Shown in pieces: positions 1 to 12,159 of a DNA stretch of 35,312 nucleotides; position 1 is the stretch's first letter; each line of letters starts with the position of its first letter. The stretch spans positions 1 to 35,312 of the forward strand of contig CAJVPI010000325.1 in NCBI GenBank assembly GCA_910592345.1, read 5' to 3'. The notes under the pieces were generated by a model. The model did not search any database and had not been told where the DNA came from. It saw nothing but the letters and a program-made list of their open reading frames with translations. This DNA comes from Paraglomus brasilianum. Its lineage: Eukaryota. Both the position numbers and the translations under genes were made by a program.

Positions 1-361
1 GATTCCGCACCAGAGGAATACAAGAAACTTGCCGAGCGGTGTTGTGATGCTGATCCTGATAAGCGTCCAGATGCAGAAACACTTTATAGTGATATTTACG
101 AGCTTAGTTATAGAGAGGCTGACAACACATGGAATGCCGTTTATCATAATGATGTAAAACCCTTATCACGTCTCGAGAAGGAGAGTAAATATTCTAGTAA
201 ACTTTTACCTGCAGGAGATTTACCTAAACCAAGAAATAGTTATGATATGGATTCAGCCGCAGGTATGAAGTCAACAACGGGTGTTGATACAAATGAAGTC
301 AATTTACAATATTAACACAGTGCATTTCTTATAATTAGAGACTCAAACTCTTTTTGAATAA
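1..361 (+). CDS. 3' end of a protein kinase (TKL-like), partial; exons <1-262 and 339-361
   Basis: Frame 1 reads DSAPEEYKKLAERCCDADPDKRPDAETL, matching kinase subdomain XI (CxDxDPxKRPxA), then a YSSKLLP...LPKPRNS tail. GT-AG intron 263-338, stop TAA 359-361. Confidence 0.85.
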
Positions 362-1336
362 ACTTGTAATTCAACGGGCTTATACGAGTATTATTCAAAG
401 GTTCGAATTATACATAATCGACGCAGCTTTCACCGCGTTATTCCATCACCTACCGCTTTTCCCGTAATAATTTGGATTATTATCACGGTTATTTAGGGTA
501 ATAGTAAGTATTAGTATTATGACCAATAATAAACATGTATTTCTGGACGGCTTTCTTAAAATAATCCGAACGGTATTATTACAGCCGGGTTTGCAGATCC
601 GGCGGATAAATACTCGATTATGATGCGCTTCCGCGTATTAGTATGTCAATACGGTTGATGCCGAAATAAAATCGTGCAGTTAGCTGCCTTTTCCGGGGTA
701 GATCATTGACTATGTAAGAAATTATTTATTAAAAGTAAATCTTGAGACTAATGTTTTATGCAATTGGTAATGAGTTTGATGCTGAATAAAATACGTAGCA
801 ACATTCGAGCTCAGCCAGCCGGATGATGCGTGCTTCCTGACATCATTTTCATACCCAAACCAGTTCTTTTCCAAATGGCCTCATGCAGTCGGCCAATAAG
901 GCCTTGATAGACGCGATAGCCACTTAATGACTAGAATGCAGACAAGAATCCTGGATATGCGATAAAGCAGATCCCACACCTGCTCGAATCTTGCTGTAAG
1001 AACTAAAACCTTAGGTCATTCCACGGTATAGGTATTACGAAAGTGATGAATCATCAATCCACATATAAATAAAGACCTCGAAACCTCAATCCACTTATAT
1101 CCCTCAAAGACGTATCGCCACTCTTTTCATGATATTCCTGCATAACCTTAACGGCCCCGTAACGATGCAAGTTTATTTAACGGCATACACAAATGCCAAC
1201 CATATATGGCAAGACGATTCCGTACAATTTAAAAATATGACAAAATTTAGTTCGTGACGCCTACCCTCTTTATAAACACCCGCTAAATCCAGCGTTGAAG
1301 GGTGTGTTGAAAAAGTGATAAAAATTGTAGGCCATT

Positions 1337-1558
1337 GATCAATAATAATTCATAATATTAAATAAATTTATTGCTTACGATTGTCATTCACTAGGAACAA
1401 GTATAAAGAATTTCTTAATTAGACGCCGAACGTTTATAATTAATACACTCTTCGACTAAGAATTATTGTTAGTTGATATTCTAATAATAGTTCTATTCCT
1501 GTGCGTCGTTGCTGAACGGAAGTGTCTATTGCTAAATTAAGCTGGATAGGCCAGCTAG
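1337..1558 (+). mobile_element. Diverged copy of the Helitron-like repeat, opposite orientation to the 16.9 and 34.6 kb copies
   Basis: GATCAAT..TTCATAAT and CTTCGA..AGAATTATTGTT..TATTCTA resemble the reverse complement of 34589-34902. Ends in AGCTGG-ATAGG-CCAGCT (hairpin overlapping the terminus) and CTAG|T at 1555-1559. Confidence 0.45.
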
Positions 1559-2551
1559 TAAAAGTTAGATTAATATCTAGTTGTAATTAAGCGGATGCTG
1601 GAGTATCAGACCAGACAGGTTATCGGTGCAATATTTTTAATTAAATGTGGTTTAGCACAACATTCGAGTGAGAGTTTATACTTGGCAATATGAGGCATAA
1701 AGAGCCACCTGCAAATTTTAGCTACGCCTTAATTGACGCGAATGTGTAAGCAAGACCACGTTTAGAGCTAAATTTTGAGAATATTCCCCGTTAAATTTGA
1801 ACACAAACGCTCTCCTATGTGACCGAACATAACAATATGCTATTGAGATTATTTTTGCATTAATAAATTTCGATGTACAATGGAATCAAATACTTGGTAG
1901 TCTCTCACATTTAACGGCAATCTGGGGGTCTCTAAGGTTCTTGTCTATATTGCGTTCAAACAACCCCCCGATACGCATTTTGTGGGAGGAGACTATAAAT
2001 ACATACGACACGCGATGTTCTAATACTGTACTGTGTAACGTGAGCAAGTCGCGTAAACAATACATTCTCTGTCGCACAGATATCATTCGCTGACTCGATC
2101 GTCAGGGCGTGATAACGATAATGATTAGCATTCATGCATTTCCGCCTGAATCTGGCCAACATTAAAATCTTGGAGGTACAGCACTTTGTCTATATTATGC
2201 CAGATTCATAAAATCCTTTTTCTATCTTCTTGATAAAATGCAATTATCCAGTTTATTAATGCAACATGATAAGAGGAAGAAATAGATTTTAAAAATGATG
2301 ATATACCAAATTTACACTGTTTAGAATGCATGTCGAAAATAGTAGTGTACAAATAAATGGATAAAGTGAGTCGAGCCACACAACTGCATTAACAACACAT
2401 CTTTCTTTACCACAATAAATTACATTACTCCTTCCCTTATAGTTCCTCCCTTTTCTTACTAACCCACATTTCCAAATTTCGAATATCTGCCGACACATTT
2501 CTTTCACCTTATTCCACGTCAACCCATTCACTCCCCATCCTTTCGCCAGCT

Positions 2552-3542
2552 TCATCCACCCATACAACAGCTCTGTCCCTTGCGCTCGGACTTGTCATTC
2601 TGCAATTCTAAACTGCTTTTCAAAACCACGCACTCTTCCTCCCCCATCATATTCATATCAATGACTTCAGGCGTAACCATCCGAGCAATGTGTTCAAACG
2701 CTGCTTCGACATTGATTCCCTCTTTTGCGCTAGCCTCGAAACACTTTATCTTCATCGTCTTACCGCTGTAGGTATCTGCAAACGCTCGCGCTTGACGTCG
2801 AGAGACAACACGAGAGGAAAGATCGATTTTATTTCCGATTACGATTAATGGAAATTCCAACGGGTCGTTTGGTGATGCTTGACGCAAAAACTCGGTTCTC
2901 CAGCGATCGAGATGTTCGAACGTCAAGTAGTTGTTAACATCGTATACTAGCACACAAGCATCTGCACCACGATAGAAAGCCACACCCAGTGAGGCAAAGC
3001 GTTCTTGGCCTTTGTGCAGGTTGTGAGAATGGGCAAAAGTGAGAGTGAAATTAGAGTGATATTGGATAAGGAAATGTGGAAAGAGTTGTGAGTGTATTGA
3101 AGTCATATTTGACACTTGCATTGACAGTCTCAGTCCCTTCGTAGCATCGATAAAAACTAGCATTCACAGTTACCAGCAGTATCCCATATCTGTAGCATAA
3201 CCTTTCGGCCGTTATCAAGTCTCACTTCTTTTGTTATAAAGTCCGCTCCAATCGTAGCTTTGTAATTGTTCGTAAATCGCCTATGTATGAGCTAATGGGA
3301 AGAAAACTTGTGAATTCAGCATCCACATAGGAAAACATAAGACGTGTCTGGATTTAAAACTCACCTGGTTTCGAAGGCAAGTCTGATTATAAAAAAAGAC
3401 CATATAGCCATATTAATTATCGGCATCTTTGTAAACGAATTCACGTTCTCTTCCCATTTCCTGCCTCGCAATTTGTAATATCTACCTTTCCTACACCCCC
3501 GTCTCCTATCAGCACAACTTTCAATATGTCTTTACTCTTCAT
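2552..3542 (-). CDS. RAB7: Rab7/Ypt7-like small GTPase, divergent; 4 exons including an 18-nt microexon (3365-3382)
   Basis: Spliced translation [43 protein letters not shown]...[21 protein letters not shown]...GNKID...EASAK...[15 protein letters not shown] and [11 protein letters not shown] are Rab7 signatures. GT-AG introns. Confidence 0.92.
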
Positions 3543-4699
3543 ATTACTATTAGTTGAGCTCCTTCAGTTTAGACTGCTGGGAATATGATATCGTTAATTA
3601 AAGGGGGGTAGGAAAAGGGGTATGGCGTAACATTGCGATAAAGTGTGTCCGATTTGAGTATCTTGTGCAGTCACACGACTGAAGATGCACGGTCGATCCA
3701 GTACTGAATGTTTGGTATATGGTAACGTCTCGTGATTAGAACTCTGAAATTTGCTTTAGAGAATTCCTTTCAGAATGATATCGGACGTCCTTGATTTAAG
3801 ACAACCCCCCATAATCCATCCTGTTTGGCAGGCCAACTGGAGATCACTATTCATATATCAAACCCCAGTGAATGATGTTGGTATACGCTAGGATTGACAA
3901 CGGTAACGTTTTAACACTAATAAAGAAAGCTTGCCCATTAGAGCAATCGTGGCAACGAAGTGAAAACGCAATTGAAAGAAAAAGATCAAACCCTTATATA
4001 TTAATTTGCTCCGATTTTTTGCAACGGGTATTTGACCAATTATAAAATTAGGAATGTTCTCCTATTTTGAGAGAGAGATGATTGGTAGATGTCAATAATA
4101 TGTCGAGAGTTTTATTCCGAGGTAATACTAAATATAAACGGTTTAAGCATAAAAAGCCCTGCTTGCAAGCAGTCACATGATTATTTATACAGCGTCTACC
4201 CAGCATCATATACAAATTATAGAACATATTATAAGACTTTTTAATGCAATGATGATATCAAGTTTAAACTTATCAATTATTATTATTTATTACAAGGATC
4301 CATTGTCTATAATAATAATACGAATCGAATTGCGCAGAGGGTTCCAAGTTCTCGTTATTATTATCAAAGCTTGCAAGAAACCCTATGATAAAACACGAAC
4401 GGTTTTCATGCAGGTGTGTATCGCCTAATAGATGGCGCATCAATCATCGCTATTTCGTCATAATGAGGTCGCATGAGAGAATCGACAGCAAGTTATGTGC
4501 GTGAGGCTGGTGACAACCGACACTCAATGGAAGCGTCCCGCGCTTCGATTCAATATCGCAGACCCCCCGTTTAACCTGACGAATCCAATGTGCTAGACTT
4601 CTAAATCTAATTGCACCATCATGAAGTGTTCCACATATTCAATCTAATTGGGTGCTTTTGGTATATTAAAGCATCAATATCGATCTAAGTTGCTTCTTC

Positions 4700-5570
4700 G
4701 TGATCGTCAAATCAACATTCTGAACGTTGTCTGAAGACCCGAATGTTTTTTTGTCAATTATATCCATTCATTATGCTTAATCAATTCATCCAACAAATGT
4801 TGACCATCTTTTCTAGGGCCTATAGAAATGTACGAATCCCCAAACAAAACTTCTCTCCTTTTTGTTCTGTCAAACTCAATATATTTATTGATACCTTCTG
4901 CGTGGAGACGCTCAGACTGAGGCCTGTTGCCAGGATCATATTTGTACAGGCAATACTCGGGATACATATATAAGATGCATAATTTGTCTAACTACCTACT
5001 GATTACTCTTGCAATTCACGTCAATATCGTTTAAAAATTCATCTCTTCCCTCCGCCGCACGTTTCTGTACTTCACTAAATTGATAAATGGATAGTTTAAA
5101 ATGTCTGGATTTACAGAATTTCCAGTAAAAAGTTCTGCCACACCATCTATTTTATATCTTCGTTCCTTCAGTTCGTTGTTGCATATTGAGGAAATGTTGT
5201 ATTTTTATCCATGCATGTTTTAACAAGCGTTTACACACCATGTAAGTGTTGTTGCATGTATCGAACATTCGTCAAATACTTGTCTTCAGATTCAATGGTA
5301 GGTGCTACTAATCAACTCCCTTTATCATGGATATGAGTCGTTTGATATAGGAGGTCCATGTTGAAAGGTTTCTGTTCTTCCATTACTGTAATGGATGGTG
5401 GACACGCAAAACTCCAAATAGAATTCAGGCTGCCAATGGAGGACATACTAAATATTGATGTATTAAAAATAAAAGCATGCAATACTTTTGTCACCCCCTT
5501 GTATATTAATATTATCGCCTGTTGGGTGTTCGACTTTGAAGATTATAAGTGCTGGATTGAATTGATCGAG
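4700..5570 (-). pseudogene. Degraded coding relic of unknown family
   Basis: Several protein-like stretches in shifting frames (e.g. QQAIILIYKGVTKVLHAFIFNTS..., SEVQKRAAEGRDEFLNDIDV) broken by stops. No motif recognised. Confidence 0.3.
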
Positions 5571-5729
5571 CCTTTTCATTAAAATTATGCGTGCCAACCT
5601 CGGTAATGATTTGACCTCATTTGTTGTATTTATGTTGCCGGAAGCGTTCTTCCATGCATTGTCCTTTTCATTAAATTTATGCATGCCAACCTCGGCAATG
5701 ATTTTGAGATTGTTCTGTCGTATTTATTC

Positions 5730-6350
5730 AGTAACCTCAAGAACGTGGTTTTTCTCAGTGAGATCAGGACCTAATCCATATGAGAAGGTACGATAACAAT
5801 CATCCAAATCGTATCTGACTTGAACAAACTGGAAATTCCTATGAAGACATGATATTCGAATTCATATCTCCACAGTCCAATTGTGTTTCAGTGCTCGTTT
5901 TACTAAAGGTTTATAATCCCTGTCACCAGCAATCAAAACTAAAACACCAGGATCATTGGACGTAATTGTTTCTGTTGCTGATATTACAAGTTCTGTGTCG
6001 ACTTCATTTTCACGGTGGCTTTTGATGTCCCGATCAAATATATTCACCTCAAAACCTTGATCCCTAATGCGAGCCCACAATGAATCGTTAGAAGGTGGTC
6101 GAGAAACGTTTTTCCATGCATTGTCCTTTTCATTAAATTATGCGTGCCAATCTCGGTAATGATTTTGAGATTGTTTCCATGCATTGTCCATTGCCACCAG
6201 AGCTTCAGCTGGCGACTCATAATTGGAGCATCCACCATCTCGCGCAAAAAGATTCCAATATTCGTTATTATACCAATCGATCCACAAGTATGCCCACAAA
6301 TGAACGAAATTTCTTTCTCAGCAATAATATTCGCCTCTACAACACTTTGA
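5730..6350 (-). pseudogene. NYN (LabA/DUF88, PIN-like) nuclease pseudogene
   Basis: SRPPSNDSLWARIRDQGFEVNIFDR...ENEVDTEL...VLIAGDRDYKPLV...WTVEI* fits the NYN acidic motifs (xEVD, GDxDY). Premature TGA at 5862-5864. Downstream YRTFSYGLGPDLTEKNHVLEV. The N-terminal part is scrambled by an insertion. Confidence 0.8.
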
Positions 6351-6713
6351 TGATAGATTTCCGTTGAGGTAGGGAGGGAGGAAGAGAGAAGGCTACCGCT
6401 ACAGTACACACGCTAGACTCATGATATTAATATTTGTCTATCTTTTTCCTATTTCTATTTTTCTTTTTCCTTTAAAGTGTCTTTTTTAAAATTTGAAAGG
6501 TGAATTGCATTCAGTAGAGTAGAATAATAGTGTAAGAGTTATCATGGTTGTCTTAGTAGCTCATATCTTAACCAACAAGGCATGTTTTCGGAGACGCGTT
6601 CACAAGTCAAAATTTATCTTGGGAAACGTCATCATGGGTCGACCAAGCCACAGTGTTACAGCACGCCCATTATATTTCCGAGCTTTTTCTCTTCCTATTT
6701 TCTAAATTCCAAG

Positions 6714-8267
6714 ATGAAAGACGTTAAAGGCGCCAGCGAAGGTAAATTTGATCCATAATTCGTATCTTCTATCGAATCAAACAACGCATTTCGACTGACG
6801 GCTTGATATTTACCGTATAGACGATGCCAATTTGCTTGTTCTCATAATCGACACAAATCCTTTCATGTGGACTAAATCAACAGAGTCTCCTTCCGGCCTG
6901 TCTCTCGATAATGCTTTGTGCCAACTTTTGGTCTTTATTAACGCGCACATGGCATTAAAGCACGACAATAAATTGGCTGTAATAGCTAGTCATGTGGGAA
7001 TCAGGTAGAGAACATTAACTAAATTCTGAGGTTTTATACTTTTAAAACTTTGCCCACTCATTGGCAGTCAATGTGGAAGCAATTTGTTAGTAACTTGGAA
7101 GTTACGATAGCAAGTTTCTTTATCCTGCAACCAACGCGGTTCAAGTAAACAATAATTCAGATTCTGAACAATCGAAAGATACAAACATGTATCAGACATT
7201 CCGTGCGGTAAACAATCAGGTCACTGCGGGTGTACGAGCGTTAATGCAAGACGCGCCGACGCTGGAGACGTATCCTGATAAAGGTTTGTCATTTCTTTAG
7301 GATTTGGAGAAGAGTCTTGTCTTTGGCTTTTACTGATTGGTTTTTTGGTTTTTGAAGGAAGTTCAATGATTGCGAGTGCTCTGTCGATGGCTTTATGCTG
7401 TGTGTATTTCATCTGCTTATGATTACGTCTTTGAAGATTTTCAATTAAATAACATTATTTTTCAGATGTTAACCGTGTATTACGAACCGACAACGTTGGT
7501 CATATTAAACCAAGGATATTGATCGTGTCTGTGTCATCAGACTCGCCTTATCAGTATATTGGAATCATGAATTGTATATTCTCGGCTCAGAAAGCAGTAA
7601 GTTATTTGCTTCGTCTAATACGGTTTTATTTTAGACAATTCTATAAGCTTATGATGGTTTACAGAGCATTCCAATAGACGTCTGTAAGGTGTACGGTGAA
7701 GATACTGTCTTCTTGCAACAAGCAGCACACATCACTGAAGGAGTTTACCTCAAATTGGCTTCGCCACAAGGTTTTTTGCAGTATCTCATGGTGAGCATGG
7801 GTTACCTGTATTGTTGTGTTAGATGGATATATTATTAAGCAAACTAATTTGTTTGTCCGAATTACTTAGATTACATTTTTACCTGATCATTATTCGAGGA
7901 AGTATCTATGTCTACCGGGGCAAGAACATGTTGATTATCGTGCTGCATGCTTTTGCCACAAAAAAATAGTTGATGTCGGATATGTGTGTTCAGTGTGTTT
8001 GTCAAGTATGTTCAGTTTTCGTTCGATTGAGTATATTATATCAGTATGGGTATTACTGTAACAGTTTTTATTATTATTATCACGTTTAGTTTTCTGTCAA
8101 CCATTACCTCAATGTTCAACATGCAGGTATTGTGTCATTTTAAACACAGTTCGTTGATCGTGCCCGGTGGAATTTATGTTTCAACAGTTCTTATTCCCTG
8201 GTTCACTTTATAATTATTTTACTTTATTAATTATAGAACCAAATTTGACCTAAATTCGTACGAATAA
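6714..8267 (+). CDS. TFB4: TFIIH core subunit Tfb4/p34 (GTF2H3), multi-exon
   Basis: MKDVKGASE|DDANLLVLIIDTNPFMW...LVFINAHMALKHDNKLAVIASH...ALSMALC...QYIGIMNCIFSAQK...FLQQAAHITEGVY...VDYRAACFCHKKIVDVGYVCSVCLS...CSTCRTKF, stop TAA 8265-8267. GT-AG introns. Confidence 0.95.
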
Positions 8268-8858
8268 TCATCGAAAGGCAACATTGAAGCAAGGAGGTAT
8301 GAAATTTCCGACCTACATTTTCAGCAAAAAGAAATAATCGTGTTTACTTTCTAACATAATGTTTGCGAATTTGCAAAGGCAATAATCAACCTAAGAAGAC
8401 AGCAACTTTGATCTACTTAACTCTATTCATAATCCCTTGGTGTTTGTTATTTTAAAAACACATTAATATACAACGGCTTGAACCAGCAGATTATAGACTA
8501 GCAAAATGCACACCTAATTTAGTGTTTCATCAATAAAAATGACTTTATTTGCGGTAGTTGGAGTAAAGAATGTATGCAAACCCTCCAATTTGACATTAAT
8601 TCATAGAAATCGCTTTCTAACACTAGCGGTCACACTCGGTACTTTGCTTCTTCTGGGTGATAATAGAGGAAGTAACGCTTACTCAACCAAACAGTAGCCC
8701 TAATGTTTGATCCAATATTCCGCTTAAACCGCATGTACGCATTCAATTAAAAATACATCCATAAGAATTTATTCCAACAGAATAATGTCTTGCCGTAGAA
8801 CTAAACGTCTACAAATATTGCAAATCTTTCCACCCGCGCGGTCTTCTGTATCTTTTTG

Positions 8859-10595
8859 CTATAATTGCGAACTGCAATCTTTAAGATCCTTCTCAGCATA
8901 CAGTGCTGCAAGTGCTGCAAAAATAAAGTGTATAGTACGTTACAATTTTTAACACAACACATACCAACTTCACTCCGATCCCGACCCACACTTTTATACA
9001 CTAACCGGCTCCTACGCCAGAACCATCTCTCGCCTGCTCGAGACTAATGTTATCGGCGGTCTTTCCTAAGATCTCTCTCATCGTTTGTTTCAAGTTATGC
9101 TTGAATCCAGGGTGAAACTCAAACAAACTTCCATCGATTCCCACTGCACATCCTTTTTCTTCCACGCCAATATGCTTAATTAACGCACACAGCGCACAAG
9201 AAGATAACCTTGCAGCGCGTAATCCGATCGCACAACATATCCTTTGCACGATCTGTCTATCAGTCAAAGTAGTCTCGGGTATCTTTAACTCGACTTCCAG
9301 CAATTGTTTGGTATAAACAAGGTCATCGGTGCCGTCTGCTTCAATAATAGACATATAGGGAGTCTTGAAAGCTCCAATGTTGTCGAATCCGCTGGAAGAC
9401 CGTCCAGAGAAAAGAAGGTTACGGCCAACCAAATCTAAAAGAACATTGTGGACTATTTTGCCAAGATAGTCACCAGAAATTAGCTTTTCAAACATTTGTT
9501 CTCCCGGATTTAGCGAAATCCGGTCTAGTTTTTCGTCATAAGGAGTTAAACTGAGCACTTGACGCTAAAATGTAAAGTAAAGGTCACCGTATTTATCGGG
9601 TTAGTTGTCTGAACCATCATTACAAGAAACTATTACAAATTATGTCATATCACTTACACCTACAATCCACAGACCTCATTATCAAAAGCGCCCCACTCTA
9701 TGTCTATAACCATCTTGCCTGAACAGTTTAGATCAAGCTTTGGAATGTTCTCCAATCTCTCCACATACGCAGCATTAGTACCAGTTCCAAAGATGACACC
9801 AATGATTGTAGCCGGATTTTCATAAGCGTGTGCCAACAAGGTTCCCGTTGTATCATTGACTATAGCCACAATTTTAACCGGCACATTTTTTCTTTTCAAC
9901 GCCTCGCGTAGCATTCCCACCATGTCTTGACCTACTGCTCCCGCTGCTGTAAATCCTTTTGTCCATCTCACAAGCACACCCTTGTGGATTGCCATCTGAT
10001 CCACAGGAAATGAAAACGTAAATCCGAGAGAGAGAGGCGAGTCATAAACACCGCCTAAATCGATTAGGAATTGGCGTATGCAATCGGCAATGAAATCGAA
10101 TAGTTTGCTAGAGTGACCAGTTTTGAGAGAATCGGATATTTCGTATTTTTCTTGTTTGATTGTCAATTTTCCTGATCTCAGAAAGGTTATTTGGCAAACG
10201 CGTAGGTTAGTGCCGCCAAGATCCAAGGCCAGATATGTGCCAGTTTCTGTTCCGTTCGGGATGGATTTCACTATGGGTCAAGGGTAGCAGCAATGAAGTG
10301 AGGTCAGCTGTGTCGCATTAATTGATATGATGTTGTTATTATCAGAGAAGCAAAGTTGTGGTATAATATGCATGTCGATTGCTATACTTTATGCTATCAT
10401 GTTTCTGTCTAAATTATACTTGCCATAACTTGGGATCATAGCGACCGTTTGACCTGGTGCATTTAATCCTTTCCTCATCTCTTTGATAAAGTGAGACACA
10501 ATTTCATCGAGTTTATTATGGTCTACTGTAAATTGATCGATGACTTCATCCACAGCTATTCGCTGTGATTCATTCAAGTATTCAATCGATGTCAT
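8859..10595 (-). CDS. HXK: Hexokinase, 4 exons; first intron is GC-AG
   Basis: LALDLGGTNLRV, LGFTFSFP, RWTKGF, VNDTTGT, IFGTGTNAAY, EWGAFDN, FEKLISG, GIDGSLF and DGSGVGA|ALAA motifs. Stop TAG at 8859-8861. Confidence 0.96.
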
Positions 10596-10931
10596 ATTTA
10601 TTGTTGGAAAGAAAGGAGACCCACTGGGCAATTTCCCATAGTAAATCTATCACAACTAATCCAGCCAATCGGCAAGTTTTAATTACGTTCTGCCATTTAA
10701 CCAAGTACGATATATTAATATTAATATTAATATGGCTAACACTGTAAATCGGACAAATGGCCAAAGTCAAGGAATTGAATTTCCCACGCCATTTAAAAGA
10801 AAAACCCCTTTTTGTGTTACCAGCAGAGTGGAAACCGTATCAATTCATTGGTGAAAACCGCATACGCCAAATATGAAAAGCAATTGTACTTTTAAGCAGA
10901 CTACGGTTTGTGGTTGCTTCCGAGAAAGAGT

Positions 10932-11760
10932 TTATGCTAAATATAGCATAATTTTAATGGGAATATGCCCTGTTGATCCTTCTGAGAAATACCCGAAAAA
11001 CAATACGCGATGAAAGCATTTCTCATTCAAGGCCTTTATATTTCTAAACTTTTGTGCAAATCGGTAATACTTTCTATAAAAGGAGAGATAGGATTGGTCT
11101 AGAGCCGCTATTAAAACAATACTGGGTTTAGGGACTATTTTGTTACGGCCAAAGCAATAATGATGATATCTCATTGAATACTATCTGGTGGGTGTATCCA
11201 GTCGCCACTTCCCTCACTTGTTGAATTTTAGACTTTTTCCATATTGATCCAATTTATACATCGCCTATAATTTTCTGAAGTCGTTGCTCGGATTGCATAT
11301 GTCTTCTACATCAGCGACTGAAGACACCTTAATCTTTTGAGCTGCAAAATATGCGTATATGACGCGCATACGCGTTTTGCAATAAATCAACTGTCTATTT
11401 TGTTAGCAAAAATATTGTAAATAAGTGACATCTTATTGACTACCTCCAGGCACTCTCCAGCTAACTGCCTTTAATTCGTCTCCTTAATACCGGACTCTTT
11501 TCTCATATCATATAGTCAGGTTCCTTTTTTTATTCGTCAGCTATTCCTATAATTCGGTTCACCTATCATGTTAAGATTATATCGGACAATTCACTGAGCT
11601 AATTATTTTCCGGATTTGGTGAATTGCAAGGTTTACTACTTTTCGCCGGCGTTTTGAAGATCAAACAATATGACGACGCAAAAGCACAACTTTTTTGGTT
11701 TATCACTGAACTTAAACCCACCTAAAAGGCGTCTTTGTGCATGATTCCTTTTTCTATCAT
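10932..11760 (-). pseudogene. Spliced coding relic of unknown family
   Basis: An intron-like segment (GAG|GTAGTC...TTTTGCAG, about 11343-11443) joins protein-like fragments such as AQKIKVSSVADVEDICNPSNDFRKL*AMYKLDQYGK. Multiple stops. Confidence 0.3.
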
Positions 11761-12159
11761 CTGTAAGTACGTTAAGCCAATTCAGAAGTATACCGACTGA
11801 GCTCAGAGATACTCATCTCTAGGACGAGATTGTATTTTTCGTTGACATACTTACTCTATTCGTTAGGTTAGAAATTTTTGCGCGTGCTGATAAATTTTGT
11901 GTAACCATCGAATACCCTGATCATTCGGGATGCAACTTTTAGCTCTGTTGATAACGGAATTCGTTAGAGATAAACCACTTATAACAAAAAAGAAAGTCGA
12001 ATCTATAGACTAATCATATCATTTACATGGCGCGATAATATTAGGAAGACTTTGGCGAATCTAATTCTAACCGCACCTTAATTTCACGTTCTTATATATT
12101 TTGACGCAAACACAATTCCTTACAACCTTTTTCTTGAAAATCTGGTCGTACACAATAAC

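Noticed and set aside
395..412. tRNA T-loop-like GGTTCGAAT (also near 22315 and 26183)
   Set aside because: No cloverleaf stems or A-box around these sites.
800..1200. GC-richer stretch with splice-like signals on the minus strand
   Set aside because: All frames are interrupted and no family is recognised. Too weak to call.
1886..2162. Short minus-strand ORFs with a possible intron
   Set aside because: No recognisable motif, cannot be told from chance ORFs.
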